64,000 bases of DNA from Bugula neritina (Eukaryota; Animalia; Bryozoa). The stretch is from assembly GCA_964035545.1 (NCBI GenBank), contig OZ037766.1, positions 23,548,767 to 23,612,766 of the forward strand, written 5' to 3'. The position numbers and the translations under genes were made by a program. The first letter of the stretch is position 1, and every line of letters starts with the position of its first letter. Positions 56,661-64,000 of this stretch are shown here, piece by piece. Below the pieces are notes generated by a model, which did not search any database, was not told the origin of the DNA, and saw only the letters and a list, made by a program, of their open reading frames with translations.

Positions 56661-59600
56661 ACAGCGTGTACAATTACCTCAATATAATGTATATGTAGCA
56701 CCAAGATTGTTGGCAATGTAACTTTTAGCCTCAGCCTTAAATTAATTTGATTACAGCAATAGTGATTTGCTTTTTTACATTACATTCACATAGCACTGTG
56801 CATCATAAACCCAAGTCAATAAAGGTGCTTACTTTGACACAGTCCTCCAAAATAGTAGTCCAGAAATCCCCTTCAAAGTAGGGCAACTCTGATGCACTTG
56901 ACATGTTTTTCTCAACAGCATCCTTGTATATGTCTTTGTAGTCACTAACCACGCCTTCGATGATAGCCTAAGAGATAAAAAAAGTCAGACTAAATCATAC
57001 AAAACTTTATTGCACCTTCCAAATATATGCAGATGAAGAGCTTCCTACAGGTTAAAATATTATAAAAAGTGGGTAAAAGGCTAATATCAAGGCGTCGTCT
57101 TGCTATATACACTTAGCAAAGAAGCCTTTTCAATACTTACATGACAAGCTAGTGCCAGAATCGCGAATGAAAAAACCTAAACGGCAGAGTTCGTAACAAG
57201 ATATCAATACAACGGAAAAAGATGGTGAATTTTTTGCCATGCAATCACTTAATATATTCATACAAATTATTTTTAAAGTTGCAAATTCTGATTAGTATAT
57301 GTATAATTTCAAACTATGTATGATAAAAGTTGAGTAACATATACACACTTTGTCCAGCATTTTCTTGTACCATTCTTGCAGGCGTTTAGGTTTGGGTACT
57401 TTCTGCTCAGCTGGGTGGGCGTGGAAAATGTAGTCATCTCCTTCTGACGGAGGACACGCCCATATGTGCCCCCAGTTAAACCCGAGTACCCTCACGTAGT
57501 CAAAGTACCCTATGAAGGCACACAAATACAAACTCAGTTTAAATTCCGAGATAACTCCAATCATAGAAGCAATTTTCGAAAGTTATTATAAAAAGTTCAC
57601 TATACAAAGTCTAAAACAGTATCAACAAAGAAGTCAACATTAGTGAATAAAATAATACTGATGGCAGAAACAACAGCCCAGCAAGACCAACTAACCTATG
57701 AGTATTTCATGGTAGATTGCAGTCCTATACTCTCTAGGGGTGAAGAAATGTACAGAGTCCAGGTATGAGATGTACACTCGACTGGTGTTGGGGGCAGGAG
57801 CATTGGAGTCGTATTCCTAGCGACAGAACAATCAGCGTTACCATGGAGATACAGCTATTAGCGCAAACCGTGGCTAGAACTTCGTATAAACTAAGCAATA
57901 CCTATGCTACATTTACCTGCACATGCATAGAGAAGAAACACACATCCTGGGGTCTTTCAGGACAACTCTGAAAGGCAAAGAGAGCCTTACTTCTGTACGG
58001 TATCATGGCTGCCATTTCTGGAAACTTGGCCTTCATTCCTAAATACAAAATATAATCATAATAAATGTAACTATCACAAAGTAAAAAGTTATAATTTCAA
58101 ACAATTCCGACAATATTCTTACAGAGGCTAAAAGAACAGTTGCTACAAAAGAGCTCTAATATATATCGGGTTAGTGTAAATAGAGGAAACAAGCCAGTGT
58201 GTCGAAAGAGAGCTAGTAGCCTCGTACCTGGTTTAACCTCAGTTTCCTTTTCTGTGAAAGATAATATCCTGATAATAACTTCGCCAGCACTAATGATTCC
58301 TTTTTTATGAAGATACGAGTTGACTCTATCTTCAATGTGCGTAGACAGTTTACATGTAGGTAATCCTGCAACAACCGCAAATAGTACCAATGCAGTCTAC
58401 ATAGCTTCACTGGGAGTATGCACCACATCCAAATAGCCACTAATTCACCCAAATTTGCTGACAAATATTAAAATCAAAAAACTAAGAAAAGTCAATAATT
58501 TCTGTTTCCCAACTAGACTTTTTGAAAAGCTTCTATGAGAAAAAACTTGGCTCCATAATCAATATACCAATATAACTCATACTCTAACTAAAATACTGAC
58601 TTTAAGATATTCCATTATTGTATAGCTCATCAGAAAAAAAACACTAGATTTAAGAAATATTTTTAATAAATCAGTTAAACTGACACAACCAATGTATTAA
58701 TGCTTATATGAATGAGGTAGTAATATACACACAGCAGCATAAATAGAAATGATGAAAGGCACTTACGTTTGGCTGCGTATTTATTTTCTTTTCTCTTTTG
58801 ATTGCGTGCCTTGAGGCAGGCATCACAAAGGTAGCCCATCTCCCAGATGGCATCCATGTGCTGGACACACACAGCGTGGAATTGTCTTTCACAGTCTTTA
58901 CAGTGTGTAATAGGCTCGGGATCAAGGACATCGTTCTAATGACAAAATACATAGCATATGACTATAGAAGAGCACAAGTAGGGATATGAAAGAGTTATAG
59001 GCTAGCAGACTATGCTACATTTGATACAGTAACCGATGAGTTGTGTTCTCAACAGAAAGCAAATCCGGGAAAGGATAATTCCAAAAACATTCGTTGGTCA
59101 ACATGAATTTTTGGAAATTATATTTGGCTGTAAAGAAATATTATGTTGCAACTGCGTTTCCATGGCATCTAATGAATCGGATTCAATTATTTCCATGAGG
59201 TGAATGAAAAATCCATTCGCATAATGCGAATCATGGAAAGGCAGTGATAGCCAGTGACTATATTACAATAACAAATAGTTGATGAGTAGAAACTGACTTT
59301 GGTTTGGACAAAATCTTCCTTCTTTAGAGTCAATGGACTTCCAGTCAGTTCATTTGTCAGCTCCACAGTCTCAGTGGTGATCTCAGCAAAACACTTGTCA
59401 CAGTATGTGTATCTACAGTTACAGTGACCTCTGGTTATTTACATCAAATACGTAACGTAAATATTTAGACACGCAGCTAATAATAAGTAACAACAAACAG
59501 TTGAAATTAACACAGAGCTATCAAAGTGAAGCCTTAATAAACAAACTAACTCAAGCCATTCTTCTATGAGTGTGATAATACATCAGAAGTTTCAAACTAA

Positions 59601-62600
59601 ATTAACATAAAAGTGAAAAAATAAAAAAATGGTACGAAATGTATGTAATGGCAATAATGAGCAGCAGGCAGAGAGACTTTGGAGCCGAACCTGTTATCGT
59701 ATGCATAGTAGACTTGGTATTGAGCAATGGTGCAGGTCTGTTTCCCGTAGCACACCAGCACATTCGGGTAAAACACATACTTCTTGCCACAACAAAACCC
59801 AAACTTCTTCATCAGGGCATCTAGCTCACTTTCAAATGCCTCAGCCAACTGCAACCACAAGCTTACAAAATTTAGCGAAAATTATACAACTAACAACCTA
59901 CTTTTACAATCTCAACATCACATTCAGAATTAAAAATAACATAATAAAATTTTAAACAGAAATATTGCAAAATTTTAATAACATTGAAGCCCAGAAAAAT
60001 AATAACAGAAAAGTGGTAGCCAACCCAGATAGAGCTTCGACTTGTACTTCAACTTTAAAATAGAAGACAAGTGAGACAATAAGAACAGGTAGTGAAGGTG
60101 GTGTCTAGCATGCTCCTGTACGAACCTTGCTGCAGGATTTGTAGACTTTAGAAGTCTTCTTGTTGTACAGCCAGGCATTATCACATATCAGCCACATGTC
60201 ATTTGTAAACTCCCAGGGATCTTTGTACTTGCCAGTCTCTAACTTCTTCTGAACAGTCGACAGGTCCATAGGATTCTTTATAATGTCAAAGTAATCCTGC
60301 AACAGAAACAGGATGCGTTGGAAAGAAATCTAGTATGTGGTTCAACACAGTGCTAATAAAAGCAGAAAATCTCCTGCTACTGCTCAAGATATTGTATGTA
60401 CTGCCCAAACCTACAGTCTATACCCTTAGTAGTTCTATAAACGAAAGTGTTGCTCTCAGTACTACTCAGTACTCACAGTAGCACTTAGTACTACTCAGTG
60501 TTCACAGTAGCACTCAGTACTACTCAGTACTCACAGTAGCACTTAGTACTACTCGGTGTTCACAGTAGCACTTAGTGCTACTCAGTGATCACAGTAGCAC
60601 TCAGTACTACTCAGTACTCACAGGTATGTTGAGTTTTACTGGATCTACTGGCTGTTTGAATGCCACAGCTTCTTCAAGTGTCAGCAGCTTTCTAAGGAGG
60701 GGCAGTATTGCCGACTTCAACTCTTCTGCTTGCCACACTTTAGTGGGTACAACCTTTTTGTGAAGTGAGGGCACAGGTGGTGTACTTGTAGATGGGGAGA
60801 GAGTGTCGGCTGATGATTTGGCATCGGGAGTTGTTGGCTCCTACAAATTCAATTGAATAATGCATACAGAGCAGAGCAGCCGGAAACTGAGAGTTGTCCA
60901 CACATTAATTGTCAACCTGTGAATTGGATTCGTCTTACTATATAGTTACAAGAATCAGGCCGCAACACATTGATGAAAAACTTGAATATACAGCAAACAA
61001 AATCAACAACCTATCAGCAAGTTACAAGAGTGATGACAGTTTTGAACTATATGGTTTATAAACTTTGCAAATGATACAAGTGTTGGGCTACTAAATGAAA
61101 GAGGTAGTGATTTGTGAATCAGTTTATTGAGCATAAATAGAAAGGCTGGCAGTATGATTTTGCTATCACTTCTAAAACCAAGAAAGAAGTAACAAGAAAA
61201 TATATTATCTTGATATCAGGGATATGTGTTATATATAATAGGTTGAGACGTAAAGCAATCGGCATCTGCAGTGATACCTGCTTAGGTTTTTGGAGGAGAT
61301 TCTTCGTAGCTGGGAAGGTTTGAGAGCCATCAGTGCGTGGACTTTGAGAGGATGTGTGTGCTATACTAGCTGCTACAAACGGTTTAGGCTCTGTTTTTAT
61401 TTCTGTCTTTATATCCAGCTTAATATCAACGGCCTCAGCTTTCGTGTCTGCCATTGCTGCAAAATACTTACTAAATAATGTAAACTATAGATAATGTGGC
61501 AGACTGCATAAAACATGAAAGAAATACAGTTTGTTGGATAAGAATGTGGAGCACAAAAATAAGAAACCAACCATTAGCTGTCTGGCCAGTGTTCACCATC
61601 ATTGGATCATTCTTGGGATCTAGAAGTGCTAAAAATACATAAGAACTGTTGAATGCCAACAAAGATAACTAACAAGATGAAATCTTTACAGACTACCCTA
61701 TAGTAATACATGACATCTACTATTGGCCCTATATAGGTACTATAAACCATACTCAACAGTTAAGGACTACACAATATCCATATCAGTACATCTACCCTTG
61801 CATTGCTTTATAGTCATACTTAGGGGTGGAGCAAGTGTGACATGAATAACAAATGTACCTTTGGTCGCTTTGTCTTGGAGTTCTTGGCGTTGGCGCTGCT
61901 TTCTCTTTTCTTCAAGCTCAATTCGTATTTTATATATCTTTTCAGCCAATCTCTGGTAATATTCGTCCTATAGACAGAGTAACCATCAAATATATTTAGA
62001 GAAATGATACATTTACCATGTATTAGGTAAGAAAGGAGTAACTAAATATAGTGATGGCTGAAAAAATACAGTGGTTTACTGTGGACGTGGTGTATATATG
62101 AGGGATTGTGCTCCCACTTTGCACAGCTAACTTGAGAGCATAGGAAATGGTCTTAGAGATTAATGCACAAACTCAATCACAAACTAAAAAATCACTTACC
62201 CTACTGTTTGAGATTGTGTACATGTCATTCTCTACTTTCTTAGCATAGTTTAATAAATTCATCATCCGAGGGTCACTTATAACTCTGAGATCCGGAGTTG
62301 GAAATATAGCTTGGACCCTACAGAAACAGGTAAACTATACAGAAACAGGTAAACTATGCAGAAACAGGTAAACTATACAGAAACAGGCAAACTATACAGT
62401 AACCTATAAATATTGTCAACATATTATAACAATAGCAGCTTCTAACTATGATAGAGATAGTAGCAGCAAAATTCTAAACATTTCATAACCACCATCAATC
62501 ACTTTCCTGGAAAAATAAACTAGTTATCGTACATAAAATGCTTATCATATCCGTATTGAAACACACAATAAAACTTACAGCTTTCTAACTAGAACAGTCC

Positions 62601-63358
62601 GTAGGTCTGTCGAGAAATCGAGGTGCCAAGGCTTAGGTAGCACAACTTGTGGGTTGCCAACATCTAAAATACAACAAACATTTACAATATTTATGAGAAA
62701 AAAGAGAGGAGACAAAAAAGGCAGGGTAAAAGTTAGAAGCAATAGACCCTTTACAGAGGCCCCTGATATCCCCTTTACAATTATAAGTTGTGTCCTCCCA
62801 AAGTGAATAGGTTGAAACTTTGTATAAAGAGCAAACTCATTAAAAATTAAAAGTTTGGCTGCTACTTAAAATTATAATATTGCTATAAAATTGTTCCTTT
62901 AGGAAATAGATATTTTGGTAAAAGCACACATATTAGCAATTAGAAAAAAAATTTTAAAATTATTTCTTTATGGATAAATTTGATAGAAAAAACTTAAAAC
63001 ATTTTTTTGCGTTTTTGGTTACTGAGCAATGCTGAAGTGGCAATAGCATTGCTCAGCAACCAAAGCCACAAAATTGAGTTCTAGTTTATTTTCTTCAACA
63101 ATTTTCATTTTGGGAGAACACAACTCTTAATTGTAAGGGAGATGTTGGGAACCTCTGAAAAGAATCTATTGGCCAATAATGGCCCAGTTTGGCTTTTACC
63201 TGCTGTTCGGAGAGGTAGATTTACACCTGCGGTTGGTGGGTTATTGTTAGGACTATATTCCATTCCTAAAGCAGCATATGCCTTTTTCATTTCTTCTACA
63301 TTAATAGGAACACCATTTTGCTGTCTCTGAATTTGAAAGTTGTTTGGAGATGAATTAC
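50785..63358 (-). CDS. CREBBP: CREB-binding protein / p300 histone acetyltransferase, 5'-partial; 27 exons in window: 63358-63200, 62663-62579, 62317-62200, 61967-61859, 61628-61572, 61456-61278, 60840-60622, 60296-60126, 59848-59691, 59412-59298, 58935-58767, 58365-58228, 58038-57917, 57816-57696, 57509-57349, 56967-56833, 56466-56287, 55902-55831, 55410-55205, 54782-54668, 54293-54148, 53864-53759, 52900-52597, 52336-52230, 51673-51577, 51472-51207, 51108-50785
   Basis: AYAALG; KIX ([36 protein letters not shown]); bromodomain ([23 protein letters not shown]); RING/PHD; HAT ([44 protein letters not shown]); ZZ (FVYTCN.C..DFDLC); TAZ2 ([17 protein letters not shown]); Q-rich/NCBD-like C-terminus. 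TAZ1 and the N-terminus lie beyond 64000. Confidence 0.97.
53247..53757. repeat. 23-bp minisatellite (TATACATATACTATATTACTGCG-like) in a CBP intron
   Basis: About 22 units abutting the minus-strand donor at 53758; explains the Y/I-rich ORFs in 53114-53991. Confidence 0.93.
56020..56079. repeat. 60-bp hairpin (29-bp arms, 2 mismatches, 2-nt spacer) in a CBP intron
   Basis: GAATATAGGCTACAGCCCTCTGCCCTGTT-AC-AACAGGGTAGAGGGCTGTAGTCTATATTC. Confidence 0.92.
56575..56659. repeat. (TA)n-(CA)n microsatellite
   Basis: Directly visible. Confidence 0.95.
59151..59245. mobile_element. Short MITE-like element with 14-bp terminal inverted repeats
   Basis: ACTGCGTTTCCATG ... CATGGAAAGGCAGT (1 mismatch), with internal hairpin ATTCGCATAATGCGAAT. 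Confidence 0.55.
60455..60622. repeat. 29-bp minisatellite (CAGTAGCACTCAGTACTACTCAGTACTCA)n containing the CBP splice donor
   Basis: About 6 units; on the minus strand the first unit supplies the real donor CT|GTGAGT at 60621. Confidence 0.9.
62319..62399. repeat. 19-bp tandem repeat (CAGAAACAGGTAAACTATA)x4 forming a CBP acceptor region
   Basis: Minus strand reads (tatagtttacctgtttctg)n-tag|exon 62317. Confidence 0.9.
63014..63064. repeat. Hairpin with 20-bp arms (1 mismatch) and 11-nt loop
   Basis: TTTGGTTACTGAGCAATGCT ... AGCATTGCTCAGCAACCAAA. Confidence 0.85.
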
Positions 63359-63426
63359 CTAAAATCAGTTGATCAACATCATCAATATTTTATGGCTGGT
63401 TCACGCTACAGCAAAAAGTGCTATTG

Positions 63427-63490
63427 CAGTCACAGCAAGATCTAGTTTCAGTCACAGCAAGATCTAGTTTCAGTCACAGCCAGCTAGTTT
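63427..63490. repeat. 22-bp tandem repeat (CAGTCACAGCAAGATCTAGTTT), ~2.7 copies
   Basis: Directly visible. Confidence 0.85.
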
Positions 63491-64000
63491 TAGCAATGCT
63501 TTTAGTCATGAGCCTAATTCATTAGCTGTTATCGGAGTGTTGATTGTTTGAGTGTTTCTACTTATTCCACTGCTACTAGCCAGAATTCTTCAACACAACA
63601 CCTCAAAAACTATCATTTTATTGAAAACAGCTAAAATTAGCAAAAACACGTTTGTAAATTTATCCAAATTATAAATAAAATAACTAAATACAATTAAGCT
63701 AAATTACACTGGTAGATTTAATTATGTTTACGTTGGTAAGTTTAGCTAAATAATACTAGCAAGCCTAAGATTTATTAAAAAATAAAGGAATTTAGGCTAT
63801 TAAAAATAAAATTTTCCTACTGCTTCACCTAAATGACTCGAAGTTAATTTGTCATATTAGTGTGTAGTCCTGTTTCTTGACAGATTACTTTGTGCAATCA
63901 TTGGAACAAGAAAACATGTAAAGAAAATTTTGTTTTAATAATAGAACTTGAACATGTTAATAAACTAGTAACTTAGTCTAACTCGAAGGCAGGTACGAAT

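Noticed and set aside
34688-60622. 23-29-bp tandem arrays as CRISPR
   Set aside because: No unique spacers, no cas genes, eukaryotic introns.

Overview
AT-rich, intron-rich genomic DNA from an animal, most likely an invertebrate; it is not prokaryotic. I assembled six spliced protein-coding genes by hand from GT-AG junctions with consistent phases. (1) A divergent alpha-tubulin (+, 8097-11445) with a natural K40Q substitution. (2) A secreted Reeler-like protein with an extremely basic C-terminal tail (+, 13371-16056). (3) A galactose-3-O-sulfotransferase-family enzyme with an altered 5'-PSB motif (+, 20708-27218). (4) A PP2C/PPM phosphatase starting MGQTLSEP (+, 31003-36606). (5) A SLAIN-family microtubule plus-end protein (-, 47050-39715). 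(6) The 3' 27 coding exons of a compact CBP/p300 acetyltransferase (-, 63358-50785; its 5' end lies beyond the window). Non-genic content includes a fossil Penelope-like retroelement, tRNA-derived SINE heads, MITE-like hairpins, microsatellites and intronic minisatellites, several of which are anchored at splice sites. Unusual C/G-toggling hexamer and quasi-palindrome tracts sit beside the two apparent housekeeping promoters. There is no CRISPR array, rRNA or intact tRNA. All homology calls come from motif recognition, not database searches.
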